From positions 38,085 through 102,084 of the forward strand of contig CAVQFD010000007.1 of the NCBI GenBank assembly GCA_963711795.1: a stretch of 64,000 nt of DNA, in the 5' to 3' direction. The notes under the pieces are model-generated. The model was given only the letters and a program-made list of their open reading frames with translations, searched no databases and was not told where the DNA came from. The first letter of the stretch is position 1. Every line of letters begins with the position of its first letter. The position numbers and the translations under genes are program-made. The DNA is from an uncultured Acidobacteriota bacterium (GTDB lineage: Bacteria; Acidobacteriota; Vicinamibacteria; Vicinamibacterales; CAVVIG01). Below are positions 35,043 to 45,348 of the stretch, piece by piece.

Positions 35043-35744
35043 GTGATTGTCCATTCCGGTCCGGACGTTTTCCAACTCATCACGCAGCCCGATCACGCGC
35101 ATCTGGCGCGGGCGATCATGGAGCACTGCGTGCCTCTCGCCAGGTCGCCGCGGCGGGAAGTGATTCTGCACGCGATCGCCGAGCACGACAACGGCTGGAC
35201 CGAGGAAGACGCGGCGCCCATCGTAAACCCCGAAACGGGCGAGATCGCGGACTTCGTCAGCGCACCCCTTCGCGTACGACATGTCGTGTGGCCGCGAGGG
35301 GTCGCTCGCCTCGCTGGAGACCCGTGGGCCGCGGCGCTGGTGGCCCAGCACGCGATCACGGTCTACGATCGCTTCCGGGCGGACGCGGCGTGGAGCTCGT
35401 TTTTTGCCAGGATGGAGGCGGCGAGGGCAGCCATGCTCGAGGAAAGCCGGATGCCCGCCGACGATCTCGCAATCGACTACGTGTTCGTGCGGCTCGGCGA
35501 TCTGATCTCGCTCACCTTTTGCACCGGGTGGACCGATCCGCAGCGCTTCGGGTCCTGGGCCGTGCAGCTCGTGGGCGCCCGCGTTGTCGTCACACCGGAC
35601 CCGTTCGACGGGGCGATCATCCCGGTCGAGATTCGCGCGCGGGAGATCCAGCGCCAGCGGTTTCGATCGGATTCGCAGCTGCGAGGTGTTCTGGCCGAGG
35701 CGACAACGGTCACCTTGCGAGGTGAGATCGCAGGAGGCCGTTGA
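35043..35744 (+). CDS. DUF3891 family protein
   Basis: ITQPDHAHLA, AIAEHDNGW, LVAQH, DLISL. Confidence 0.8.
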   Translation: MIVHSGPDVFQLITQPDHAHLARAIMEHCVPLARSPRREVILHAIAEHDNGWTEEDAAPIVNPETGEIADFVSAPLRVRHVVWPRGVARLAGDPWAAALVAQHAITVYDRFRADAAWSSFFARMEAARAAMLEESRMPADDLAIDYVFVRLGDLISLTFCTGWTDPQRFGSWAVQLVGARVVVTPDPFDGAIIPVEIRAREIQRQRFRSDSQLRGVLAEATTVTLRGEIAGGR

Positions 35745-35785
35745 TTCCGGCAGCAGACGGCCGCGATTCGGCCTACGATGTGCGA

Positions 35786-36604
35786 ATGAAGTGGTCGTTT
35801 CTGAGAACGGCCGTCGTGGCCGTGTGCATCGTTCCGGCGGCGCAGGCCGCGGAGCTGAAGCCCGCCACGGTGACGGCGTTCGAGCGCTACCAGCGCGCCG
35901 CCGAACTTGCCATCGCCGGCGACGTCTCGGCGTCCGGTGTGTTCCTGCGCATCAACGGCGTCAGTCCGCCTGATGTCGATCAACGTCTCCGGCGGGGCGA
36001 GGTCGTTGTCGAGCGGCTGCGCGCGACCGACGGAGGCAAGCCGATCGACATTCCAGGCGGGATGGTCCATCACTGGGTCGGCACCGCCTTCATCCCGGGG
36101 GCGCGCCTGGACCAGGCGGTCGCATTGCTCCAGGCATACGACCGGCACGCCGAGATCTACAAGCCATCGGTCGCCCGCTCCGCGGTCCTCGAGCGAGACG
36201 GCGATCGCTTCCGGATCTTCCTGCGCATGTTCATGAAGAAGGTCATCGCCGTGACCGTCAACACGGAGTCGATGGCCCAGTTCGAGCGCCACGGCGCCGA
36301 CCGCGTCAGCAGCAGTATCCGGAGCACCCGAATCGCTGAGGTGGACAACGCCGGCGGACCCGGCGAGCGCGAGAAGCCCGTGGGCCGGGACGGCGGCTAC
36401 CTGTGGCGGCTCAACACTTACTGGCGCTTCCTCGAGCGCGGCGGCGGGACCTACGTCGAGTGCGAATCCATCACGTTGACGCGTGACATTCCGATGGGGC
36501 TCGGCTGGATCGTGGGCCCGTTTGTCACGAGCATCCCGCGCGAGACCCTGACCTTCACCCTCGAAACGACGCGCCGCGCCCTCGTGGCCGAAGCGGGCCG
36601 GTAG
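35786..36604 (+). CDS. Secreted hypothetical protein
   Basis: Signal peptide ending AQA, GMVHHWVG, GYLWRLNTYWR, ESITLTRDIP. Confidence 0.75.
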   Translation: MKWSFLRTAVVAVCIVPAAQAAELKPATVTAFERYQRAAELAIAGDVSASGVFLRINGVSPPDVDQRLRRGEVVVERLRATDGGKPIDIPGGMVHHWVGTAFIPGARLDQAVALLQAYDRHAEIYKPSVARSAVLERDGDRFRIFLRMFMKKVIAVTVNTESMAQFERHGADRVSSSIRSTRIAEVDNAGGPGEREKPVGRDGGYLWRLNTYWRFLERGGGTYVECESITLTRDIPMGLGWIVGPFVTSIPRETLTFTLETTRRALVAEAGR

Positions 36605-36720
36605 CGGCTCCGGAGCCTCGTGCGGCTCGTGATTACGCGGTACCCACAGGAAGCGCGCGCTCCTGTATGATGCCGCCGATCGCGGACCCACCAGGGTCGG
36701 ACGGCACCGAAGGAGGGAGC

Positions 36721-37309
36721 ATGACCACCCGGGAAACATCGCGGCGGGCCTTTCTCATCAACTCCGTTGCCGGTCTCGGCGGCGCGTGGGTCGCCGCGAA
36801 CTACGCGGGGATCGAGGCTGCCGAAGCGTACGTCGCGCAGGCCGTCCGCTCGGGCCAGGCGCCCGCGTTGGCATTCTTCACCGCGGAACAGGCCATCGAA
36901 GTCGAAGCGATGGCCGCCCAGATCATTCCGACCGACGACACGCCAGGCGCGCGCGAAGCCCGCGTCGTGAACTTCATCGACCGGGCGCTCGTGACCTTCG
37001 AGCGCGGACGCCAGCCGGACTACACGCAGGGCCTGAAGGATCTCGAAGCGCAAACCAAACAGCTCGTCCCCGGCGCCACCAGGTTCTCGGCGCTCACCTC
37101 CCCGCAGCAGATCCAGGTGCTCACGGCGATGGAGAAGGCGCCGTTCTTCAACCTGGTGCGCACGCACACCATCACAGGGTTCTTCGCCAGCCCGGTGCAC
37201 GGCGGCAACGCCAACAAGGTCGGGCTGGGAGCTCGTCGGCTACGACGACTCGCTGAACTTCACGCCGCCATTCGGCTACTACGACGCGCTCGGCCAAACC
37301 CGCCGTTAG
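36721..37309 (+). CDS. Gluconate 2-dehydrogenase subunit 3 family protein (Tat), frameshift near 37225
   Basis: SRRAFL, IIPTDDTPGAREA, FIDRAL, GFFASPVHGGN, PPFGYYD. Confidence 0.85.
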
Positions 37310-37327
37310 CCGGTACTGGAGAACGTC

Positions 37328-39007
37328 ATGGCACAGTTCACACCAGCGACTGAGGTGGATTTCGTGATCATCGGCTCGGGAGCCGCCGGCGGCATCATGG
37401 CCAAGCAGCTGTCGACGGCCGGCTTCAAGGTCGTCGTGCTCGAGCAGGGCGGCTGGGGCAAGTACGGACACGAGCAGGACTACACGAAGGACGAGTGGCT
37501 CAACGACAACCCGAGCCCGGAGGATCAGCTGATGAGCGATCCTCCGGCCGCCAGCGCAACACCTTCCGCCGGAACGACAAGGAGAAGGCCACGCGCCGGC
37601 AGCCACTCCTACGGCTGCGTCGTCGGCGGCGGCACGGTGACTTACGGCGGGCAGCAGCTGGCGGCACCTGCCCTGGGAGTTCAACGAAGCGAGCACGGTC
37701 GGGACCATTGCCGGCATCGGGCCTCGCGGACTGGCCGGTTTCCTACGAGGAGCTCGAGCCGGTACTACACGCAGGCCGAGTGGGAGATGGGCATCTCGGG
37801 CCAGCGCGTGAACTCGCCGTTCGTCGCGCCGATGTCGAAGGACTATCCCGTTCCGCCGGTGCCGCTCAAGTCGTCCGGCGCCCTGTTCAACGTGGCCGCG
37901 GCGAAGCTCGGCCTGACTGTCGTGCCCGGGCCGCTCGCCATCATCACGAAGCCGTACATGGGGCGCGCGGCGTGTGTGAACTGCGGCATGTGCTCGGGCT
38001 TCGGCTGCCACGTGCAAGGCCCGATCGAGCTCCGCGGTCACGATGCTGCCGCTCGCGGAGAAGACGGGCAACTGCGAGATCCGGGCGAACGTCGTACGTC
38101 ACGCGAAGTCTCGACCGACAATGCCGGCCGGGTGACCGGCGTCGTGTACTTCGACGCCCAGAAGCGCGAGATCCGGCAGCGGGCCAAGGTCGTGATTCTG
38201 TCGGCGAACGCCTCGGAGACGCCGCGCCTGCTGCTGCTCTCGAAATCGGCGCGGTTCCCCGACGGCCTGGCGAACTCGAGCGGCATCGTCGGCCGGTACC
38301 TGATGCTCGGCGGCATCGCCGGCGCGAGCGGCCTCTTCGAGCATCCGCTGAACGACTACAAGGGCGTCGTGACGGGCGCCGGCATCGTGGACTACGTGCC
38401 ATCGGATCCGAAGCGCGGCTTCTACGGCGGCGGCCGCATGACGGCGCGCGGCTTCGACACGCCGATCAACTACGGGCTCCGCGGCCTGCAGCCCGGAGCG
38501 CCGCGATGGGGCGCGCTCTACAAGAAGGCGCTCAGGGAAGAAGCCGGCCACAAGATGGCCGTCCAGTGCTTCGTCACGCAGCTGCCGCTCGAGACCAATC
38601 GCGTGGACCTCGACCCCGAGGTGAAGGACGACTGGGGCCTGCCGGCGATGCGCATCACGTCGACCAGCCACCCGGACGACATCAAGAGCATGGAGTTCTT
38701 CAGGCAGAAGTCGATCGAGATCCTGGAGGCGGCCGGGGCGACGAAGGTGTGGGCGCCTCCGGTGAACGACAGCCGCGGCAGCGCGCACAACCGCGGCACG
38801 TGCCGGATGGGGAACGACCCGAAGACGTCGGTGGTGGACAAGTTCCACCGTGCCCACGACGTGCCGAACCTGTTCATCATCGACGGCAGCAACCTCGTGA
38901 CGGGCGGCCGCAACCATCCGACGATGACGATCCAGGCGCTCGCGTTCAGGGCCGCGGAACACCTGATCCGCGAAGCAAGGCGCGGGACGCTCAGGAGCGG
39001 CGCCTAG
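37328..39007 (+). CDS. GMC family oxidoreductase with compensating frameshifts
   Basis: IIGSGAAGG, VLEQG, VGGGT, CVNCGMCSGFGC, ETPRLLLLS, HNRGTCRMG, HPTMTIQAL. Confidence 0.9.
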   Translation: MAQFTPATEVDFVIIGSGAAGGIMAKQLSTAGFKVVVLEQGGWGKYGHEQDYTKDEWLNDNPSPEDQLMSDPPAASATPSAGTTRRRPRAGSHSYGCVVGGGTVTYGGQQLAAPALGVQRSEHGRDHCRHRASRTGRFPTRSSSRYYTQAEWEMGISGQRVNSPFVAPMSKDYPVPPVPLKSSGALFNVAAAKLGLTVVPGPLAIITKPYMGRAACVNCGMCSGFGCHVQGPIELRGHDAAARGEDGQLRDPGERRTSREVSTDNAGRVTGVVYFDAQKREIRQRAKVVILSANASETPRLLLLSKSARFPDGLANSSGIVGRYLMLGGIAGASGLFEHPLNDYKGVVTGAGIVDYVPSDPKRGFYGGGRMTARGFDTPINYGLRGLQPGAPRWGALYKKALREEAGHKMAVQCFVTQLPLETNRVDLDPEVKDDWGLPAMRITSTSHPDDIKSMEFFRQKSIEILEAAGATKVWAPPVNDSRGSAHNRGTCRMGNDPKTSVVDKFHRAHDVPNLFIIDGSNLVTGGRNHPTMTIQALAFRAAEHLIREARRGTLRSGA

Positions 39008-39016
39008 CCGACGGCG

Positions 39017-40555
39017 TCAAGGACGGGCGCCGAGCTGTTCCTTGGCGCTGTCGCGGAGCTCCTGGTGCTCCTCATACAGGCGGTAGGCGATGTAGTACTT
39101 GTAGATGTTGCTGACGTACTGGACCGTCTCGCGGCCGATACGCTCGGAGGCTACGCGTTCCACGTTGCCGAACCACACGTTGGGGTCGAGGCCCCGCTTG
39201 GCGGCTTCGTTCCGCAGCTGTCTCACACGCCCCGGTCCGGCATTGTAGGACGCGAACGTCATCAGCCCTTTGTTGAGGCGGTCCATCGGCTCGTTGGCGT
39301 AGTAGCGGTCGATCATGAACCGCATGTACTTGACGCCGGCGTGGATGTTGGGCTCCAGCAGTGTGATATCGCCCACGTTCAGCTCCTTCCCGGTCGCCGG
39401 CATGACCTGCATCACACCAATCGCGCCCACCGGGCTCTTGACGGCCTGATCCAGCGTCGATTCCTGGTAACCCTGCGCGGCCATGAGCAGGTAGTCGACG
39501 TCGTATTGGTCGCCGTACTTCTTGAACAAATTGACGATCGCTAGATATTTCTTCCGTTCGGCCTCGGAGGCCGCATCCTTCACATACTTCGCGCTCTGCA
39601 TGTAGCGACGTTCCAGCACGTTGCGGAAGAGGGAGCCCTCCTGGTTCTTGCGGATCCAGCGGTTCGCGGTCTCCATGAGCTTCGGACTGTTCTTGCGGAC
39701 GGCGACGGCCAGGTTCGCATCGGACCGCACTGTCGCAGGCTGGACGGCGATCTTCGCGAACACCTGGCTCCAGAACTCGGCCATGTAGCTGTCCACCACG
39801 GTGATCGACACCAGGCCCGCGTTCACCATTTCGAGAATGTCGTCGTCTTCCAGCAGCTCTGGCGCCAATTTGATGACCACCGCCGGACGGCCCGCCCCCT
39901 TGAGCCGCTCGTTCAGGCTGACGAGGCTGGCGTGGTAGCTGCTCGAGGCACGGACGAACACTTCGCGACCCGCGAGGTCTTCGGGCGTGGCCACCGGCGG
40001 CACATCAGGCGCGGTGACCACGACCTCGCTGATCTTCGTGCGAGTCGGCTCCGTGAAATCGACCAGGGCCTGACGCTCCGGCGTCACGGTCAACATGGCG
40101 GCGACCATGTCGACCTTTCCCTGGGCGAGCGCGGGGAGAAGGACATCCCGCGAGAGGGGAACAAAGGCCACGTGCACTTTGAGGACGCCCGTCTTCAACT
40201 CCGCGTTCAGGTCGTCCTCGAATTTCGTCAACGACTCGTACGCCAGCCCGCGCTGTTGTCCCTGGTCGATGAAGTAGTGGGTGCGGTTGAATACCACGCC
40301 CGCCCGAATCAGCCTTCGCTTGACCATCGCGTCCAGGTCACCAGTGAAGGGTTGGTTGATGATGCCCTGCACGTCCGAGGGAATGGAGGCATATGGCGAG
40401 ACGGCCTCCGGAAGCGGTGCTTCAGGTGCCTCGGCCGTCTGTGCGGCGCCCTGCGAGGCCGGTGCGTTGCCCCCGGTCTGACTTGTGCAGCTACCGGCGA
40501 CGAGCGCGAATCCGGCGACGAGCGCGCCGAACGTGAGCATGTGGCGTATCGGCAT
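39017..40555 (-). CDS. MltF-like protein: substrate-binding domain fused to lytic transglycosylase (SLT); start uncertain
   Basis: FTGDLDAMVKRRLIR, TVTPERQ, AQGYQES, GAIGVMQV, ASYNAGPG, ETVQYV. Confidence 0.88.
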   Translation of the reverse strand: MPIRHMLTFGALVAGFALVAGSCTSQTGGNAPASQGAAQTAEAPEAPLPEAVSPYASIPSDVQGIINQPFTGDLDAMVKRRLIRAGVVFNRTHYFIDQGQQRGLAYESLTKFEDDLNAELKTGVLKVHVAFVPLSRDVLLPALAQGKVDMVAAMLTVTPERQALVDFTEPTRTKISEVVVTAPDVPPVATPEDLAGREVFVRASSSYHASLVSLNERLKGAGRPAVVIKLAPELLEDDDILEMVNAGLVSITVVDSYMAEFWSQVFAKIAVQPATVRSDANLAVAVRKNSPKLMETANRWIRKNQEGSLFRNVLERRYMQSAKYVKDAASEAERKKYLAIVNLFKKYGDQYDVDYLLMAAQGYQESTLDQAVKSPVGAIGVMQVMPATGKELNVGDITLLEPNIHAGVKYMRFMIDRYYANEPMDRLNKGLMTFASYNAGPGRVRQLRNEAAKRGLDPNVWFGNVERVASERIGRETVQYVSNIYKYYIAYRLYEEHQELRDSAKEQLGARP

Positions 40556-40660
40556 CGAGATGGCCCTGACGGAGCGCGCAGCCCCCGCCTGAATATCCAT
40601 GACCCCACGTCGTCGTGGCCTTCAGGCTCAACAGTTTACGGCCGGCTTGGAGGCCGGGAA

Positions 40661-41625
40661 TTAGGAGGACGTGACGACGATGGTGAGGGGCGCGACGAGG
40701 CGGAACTCGATCAGCTCCTCGGCCGGGATGACCGCCGGTTCGCCGCGCGTTGCCGCGTTCACGCCGACGCCGGCGCCCGCGCCGACACCCGCCCCGATGG
40801 CTGCGCCTTTTCCGCCGCCGGCGATCCCGCCGATGAGGGCGCCGACACCGGTGGCGACTCCTGTTTTCACCGCGTCCTTTTTCTTCGTGCTGGCGGCATC
40901 GACCTCGTAGGAATCAGTGGTGAGCGCGATCACCTGACCCTTGGCGCCCACGAGCGACCGCACGCCAACCTTGAGGCTCGCCGTGCCCTTGACCCGGCCG
41001 CCGGGGTCGCTCAACACGACAAACCCCGTAACGCGAGTGCCCGCCTTGGCGAGGAGCGTCCCGTTCGACACGAGGTCGCGCTCGAGCAGCGCATCGAAGG
41101 CCGAACCATTCGAGAGTTTTGAGGTCGAGAGTTCTGATGTGGTGCGCACCGGGATGACGGTGCCGGTCGGCAGCGTGAACTCCTGCGGCTTCAACTCTTC
41201 AACCTTGCGCTCCAGCGCGGCGTTCTCCTGCTGCAGACGGACGTTGGCCTCCGCCTGCTTCGCGTTGACGGCCTGCTGCTGCTCGGTGAGCCGCTGGACC
41301 TCGGCCGACGACGCGCCCGCCGGCGGCTTGGCGGCAGGGGCCGCTCCTGGCTTCTGGCTTGCCGGCGGAGTGGTCGGGCGCGGCGGTGCGGACGCAGCCG
41401 CAGTTGTTGCCGCGGGGGCCGGCGTCGCCGCCGGCGGAGTCGCTGCCGGCGTGGCTCGACCGGGGTCGCCTGCGGCGCGGTCTGTGCGAGTTGACTCTGG
41501 GTCTCGGCGAGCTTCTTCTCGAGCTCCGCCACCCGTGCGTCGGTGTCCGAAGTCTGAGAGCTGCACGCCGCCAGAACGATCGTCGCGAAAACAGGGATAG
41601 CTGTTCGCAGGAAGGAGAGGGTCAT
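40661..41625 (-). CDS. Hypothetical lipoprotein with Pro/Ala linker, TrbI-like beta domain and glycine zipper (frameshift near 41460)
   Basis: Lipobox LAAC, TLPTGTVIPVRT, GVGALIGGIAGGGKGAAIGAGVG. Confidence 0.72.
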
Positions 41626-41799
41626 ATCGAACTCCTAAGTGCCCAATCGTAGCACTCGTGCCGTGCCGGTGTGCCGGACTTTGAAAGCTCAACGGTTTTC
41701 AGCGAGTTCGTACAAGCGTGCAGGCGGTAGCCGCCGTGCGGGGGTCGTACCTATACTCGGCCCCGGGGACTTTAACGCTCGCCCCAAAAAAGGATCAAC

Positions 41800-43033
41800 A
41801 TGCTTCAGCCCACTTCGATTCCGGTATTCGTACGTCTGCTGATGCTCCTGGCGGCGCTCTCGTCGCCCGCCCTCGTCAGCGCGCAGTCCGCGGCGGCCTC
41901 GTCGAGTGCGCAGGCCGCGCAGACGCCGGCATCCGACCGCTGGTTTCATCCTGTACGCCATCTTCGTGATCAACGCGAACATGAATTCCGGCGCCCTCTT
42001 GCCCGGCGGCTTTGCGGTGTTCGCGCTGCCCGAGGGGCCGCAGCGCGACCGGGAACAGTTCAATCTCTCGCCCGCCAACTCGCTCTTCGGAGCGGCATTC
42101 ACCTTCCCGTCGATCAGCGACACCAAGGTCGGGGGCAAGATCGACATGACCCTGCGGGGCAGCAGCCCGCTCAACAACCAGAACACGTTTGCGCCGCTCT
42201 TCGCCAACGTGTATCTCGATCTCACCTACGAACCCGTGCGGTTCGTGTTCGGACAGGCGCAGGACGTCGTGTCGCCGCTCGTGCCCACGACGCTGAACAT
42301 GTACCCCTTGAGCTATACACCCGGCAGCCTCGGGTTCTTCCGGCCGCAGTTCCGCATCGAGACGACGTTCGGGGTCGGCGACGACTCACACGTGTTCCTG
42401 CAGGGCGCGTTGGCGCAGCCGATTCAGACGTTCCAGATCTCGAACGAGGCGATTGCCACGCAGTCGGGGTGGCCGGATTTTCAGGGCCGTGCAGCGCTCG
42501 CGGCGGGCCCGGCCAACCCAGCGGGGCAGCGCAAGTTCGAGTTTGGGATCTGGGGTCACTTCGGCGAGCGCAGCCTCACGATGGACTCTGGCGAAGTGGC
42601 CTTCAACGACTCGTACTCGTTCGGCTTCGACGGCCGGGTTCAGCTGCTCGCGCGGACGAAAATCCAGGGCGAGTACTTCACCGGCCAGCTGGTTGGCGAC
42701 TACATGGGCGCGATCTTCCAGACCTTCGACCCAATCACCGGCATTCCCGTGGATGCGCAGGGCTTCTGGGCAGAAGTCGAGCACGGGCTCAACGACAAGA
42801 TGCAGGTGCACGTCGGCTATGGCGTGGACAACGTCGAGGAGGAGGGCGGCGTGGCGCAGCTCTTCGCCAGAAACCAGAACTCCAACATCTACGGCAACCT
42901 GTTTTACGGGTTCTCTCCAGAGCTGAGCGTCGCCGGTGAATTGAGCTGGTGGAAGACGAAGTACATCGGGCTCGAGGACGGAGCGCCGTTCCGCTTCGAG
43001 ATGTCGCTCATCTACAAGTGGATCGGACGGTGA
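41800..43033 (+). CDS. Outer membrane porin, distant DcaP-like (frameshift near 41935)
   Basis: Signal peptide, FGQAQDVVSPL, RPQFR, WPDFQGR, QGEYFTGQ, YGNLFY, RFEMSLIYKW. Confidence 0.7.
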
Positions 43034-43040
43034 TCGTACT

Positions 43041-43066
43041 GGCGGGTTTGAAAGGACCCGCCCTAC
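43041..43066 (-). repeat. GTAG-type REP-like palindrome between convergent genes
   Basis: Minus strand GTAG GGCGGGT CCTTTCAA ACCCGCC. Confidence 0.55.
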
Positions 43067-44331
43067 TCAAAGACTTCCTGAAGGCCGAGATAAAGTCCCT
43101 TGGATCCGTCCCGGCCCCAGGCGAAATCCAGGCACAGGTTTGTGCGCGATCGCTTGTTGAACAGCAAGCGAAAACCCAATCCTCCGCCGGACGCGAACGA
43201 CTCGAAAAGCTCCTCCCCGCCGTCGAGGTCGCTGAGCGTGGTGGTATTCACGAACGCCACCATGCCCAGCAGCCCGTTCTTCAAGAGGGTGGCGCGATAC
43301 TCGACCTCTCCGTAAACCAGCCCGTCGCCGCGGAACCGGCCCTCGGAGTACCCGCGTCCAGATCGTCCGTAAGTATCCATTCCGAGCGTGGGCAGATCGA
43401 AGTACGGCGCCACGCCGTGAGCGACGAGATCGCCGTACAGCCAGAAGGCCACTCTCTGACGGCCGTCCTTCTTGATCGGCACGAACGTCCGGACGTCGAA
43501 GAGCACTTCCTGCCAGGCGGAGTCGCCGCCGAGCACATCCTTGAAAAACGGGCGGTACGACACGCTCGCGAGCCAGCCCCTGGACGCATTGATGTGGTTG
43601 TCGCGCGTGTCCATCAGGACATTCAGGCTCGCGCCCGCCGAGTTCTGGCCGCTCTCGTCGAACCCGTGCTGCCGGGTGTACTCAATGTACGGCGACGAGT
43701 CCCACGACGCGTCCGCGCCTTCGCCGGGCCTGATGTCCGAATGTGAGCTGACGTGCAGGCCGATCCCGGCAAAGAGATCCTCCCGCACCTCGTAGTAACC
43801 CGTTTCGAACACACGCACGTACGTGAACCTGGCGTTGACGCCCGTTGACGAATCGGACGATGTGCCGAGCGCATAAGTGTCCTGGGAGGTCCACTGGAAG
43901 CGGTTGTCGCCGTCCACGCGCATCCGGTCGCCTCCGGTGTAGGCACTGAACCGGCCGATGAGCGACGTCTGGTGCTTGGTCGAGAACGAAAGCCCCAGAA
44001 GGCCGGACGAAATGCGCGTGGTCGCCGGATCTCCAAAGTACATCGCCAGGCTCGCCGCCGCACCCAGCGTGAGGCCGGTCGAGGGCTTCGAGCCGATTGT
44101 CGGCACGATGGCCAGCATCGGGTCGCTGTGATCCCATTCGGGCTCTTCAGGCGGCGGCGCGTCGCCGCGCCGCCAGAGCCGCAGCAGGTCGAAAACGTCC
44201 ATCGTCGCTTCCGGACTGTCGTCTTCGATCGGCGGCGGCTGGCCGGCAGGTTGTGCCGCGAGCGCCGCGCCACGAGCGCTCACCAGGATGGAGGCGAGCA
44301 GACACAAACCGGCGAGACGGCGGCCGAGCAT
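43063..44331 (-). CDS. Omp85/BamA-TamA family barrel-only outer membrane protein
   Basis: Signal peptide, DTRDN, GRGYSEGRF, EVEYR, GGLGFR, LGLQEVF; no POTRA region. Confidence 0.82.
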   Translation of the reverse strand: MLGRRLAGLCLLASILVSARGAALAAQPAGQPPPIEDDSPEATMDVFDLLRLWRRGDAPPPEEPEWDHSDPMLAIVPTIGSKPSTGLTLGAAASLAMYFGDPATTRISSGLLGLSFSTKHQTSLIGRFSAYTGGDRMRVDGDNRFQWTSQDTYALGTSSDSSTGVNARFTYVRVFETGYYEVREDLFAGIGLHVSSHSDIRPGEGADASWDSSPYIEYTRQHGFDESGQNSAGASLNVLMDTRDNHINASRGWLASVSYRPFFKDVLGGDSAWQEVLFDVRTFVPIKKDGRQRVAFWLYGDLVAHGVAPYFDLPTLGMDTYGRSGRGYSEGRFRGDGLVYGEVEYRATLLKNGLLGMVAFVNTTTLSDLDGGEELFESFASGGGLGFRLLFNKRSRTNLCLDFAWGRDGSKGLYLGLQEVFE

Positions 44332-44388
44332 TTGCCGCCTATCGTAGCTGGCGGAGGCCCTTCCCGGCGGCCTCGCGTGCTGTTGACC

Positions 44389-44730
44389 TCAGCCTTCCTC
44401 GACGTGGCGCTTCAATCTCGCCAGCGCATCATCCCAGCCGCGGACGATCAGCTTGAGGCAGCGCCGGCCCTCGGCGACCCTCTCGGGATTGAGCGCCCAG
44501 ACGTGCTCGCGTCCTTTGTGGTCGCCTGCGATGACGCCGGCGGCGGCGAGCACGCGCAGGTGCTTCGACACGCCCTGGCGGGTCATCACGGGAAAGCGTC
44601 CGGCGAGCGCCGAGATCGAGGCCGGCCCGCGGTCCGACAGCTCCTGCAGCAGCGTGATCCGCGTAGGGTCGCCGAGCGCCGCGAACAAGATTGCCGCACT
44701 CGCCAGCGTCTCAGCGCGCTTTTTCGACAT
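44389..44730 (-). CDS. ArsR/SmtB family transcriptional regulator
   Basis: LFAALGDPTR, TRQGVSKHLRVL, GREH, WDDALARLK. Confidence 0.9.
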   Translation of the reverse strand: MSKKRAETLASAAILFAALGDPTRITLLQELSDRGPASISALAGRFPVMTRQGVSKHLRVLAAAGVIAGDHKGREHVWALNPERVAEGRRCLKLIVRGWDDALARLKRHVEEG

Positions 44731-45160
44731 GGCCCTGCAACCAGCCGAGCACTTCGGCCCATCCGTCGGTGTTATCGCGGTAGACCTTTGCGCGCCGCTC
44801 GAGCGAGATCGCATCGAACCCGGTTTCCGAGAGGCTGAGTCGTGTGCCGTCCCCGGAGGAAGCGAGCGTGAAGGTCACCCGGGTGCGGGGTTCACGTGCG
44901 TAGTCCACCGCAGGGTCCACTGCGCCGGGGTGCCACTCCCACACCAGCCGGGTGGGCGGCGTCATCTCGGCGATGCGGACGCGGAACCGCTGCCCGGCAT
45001 ACTCCGCGTGCGTCGATGTCATCCACAACTCCGCGCCCGGCTCGATCGCTCCTTCGATGCTCACGCGAAACCACGCCGCCAGCTCCGGCCCGTTGACGAG
45101 CGCCCGCCAGACCCGCTCCACCGGCGCGGCGATCTCGATCGTTCGGTCGATTCGCTCCAT
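44711..45160 (-). CDS. SRPBCC/AHSA1 domain protein
   Basis: IEIAAPVERVWRAL, TRVTFTL, GTRLSLSETGF, GWAEVL. Confidence 0.9.
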   Translation of the reverse strand: MERIDRTIEIAAPVERVWRALVNGPELAAWFRVSIEGAIEPGAELWMTSTHAEYAGQRFRVRIAEMTPPTRLVWEWHPGAVDPAVDYAREPRTRVTFTLASSGDGTRLSLSETGFDAISLERRAKVYRDNTDGWAEVLGWLQGHVEKAR

Positions 45161-45162
45161 AA

Positions 45163-45219
45163 GCAACCTCACGGTTGCATTATCTGCAAAATGGCCTCGA
45201 CATGCAACCATTGAGTTGC
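45163..45219. promoter_or_regulatory. Two palindromic operator sites for the SRPBCC-ArsR operon
   Basis: GCAACC-TCAC-GGTTGC (45163-45178) and GCAACC-ATTG-AGTTGC (45204-45219). Confidence 0.7.
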
Positions 45220-45348
45220 CGTAGGCCGTCGGCTGAACAGGATCCCAGGGGAGGGAAATTCCGTAAATACCTGAGCAGTCGATAGTTGAGCTTGAATCAC
45301 GCTTTGCCGCGGTCTACCGTGGTGATCCCCAGCTCGGCACAGCTCCTC

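Noticed and set aside
41651-41668. Possible sigma-54 promoter upstream of the lipoprotein gene
   Set aside because: GG-to-GC spacing is 7 or 12 nt, not 10
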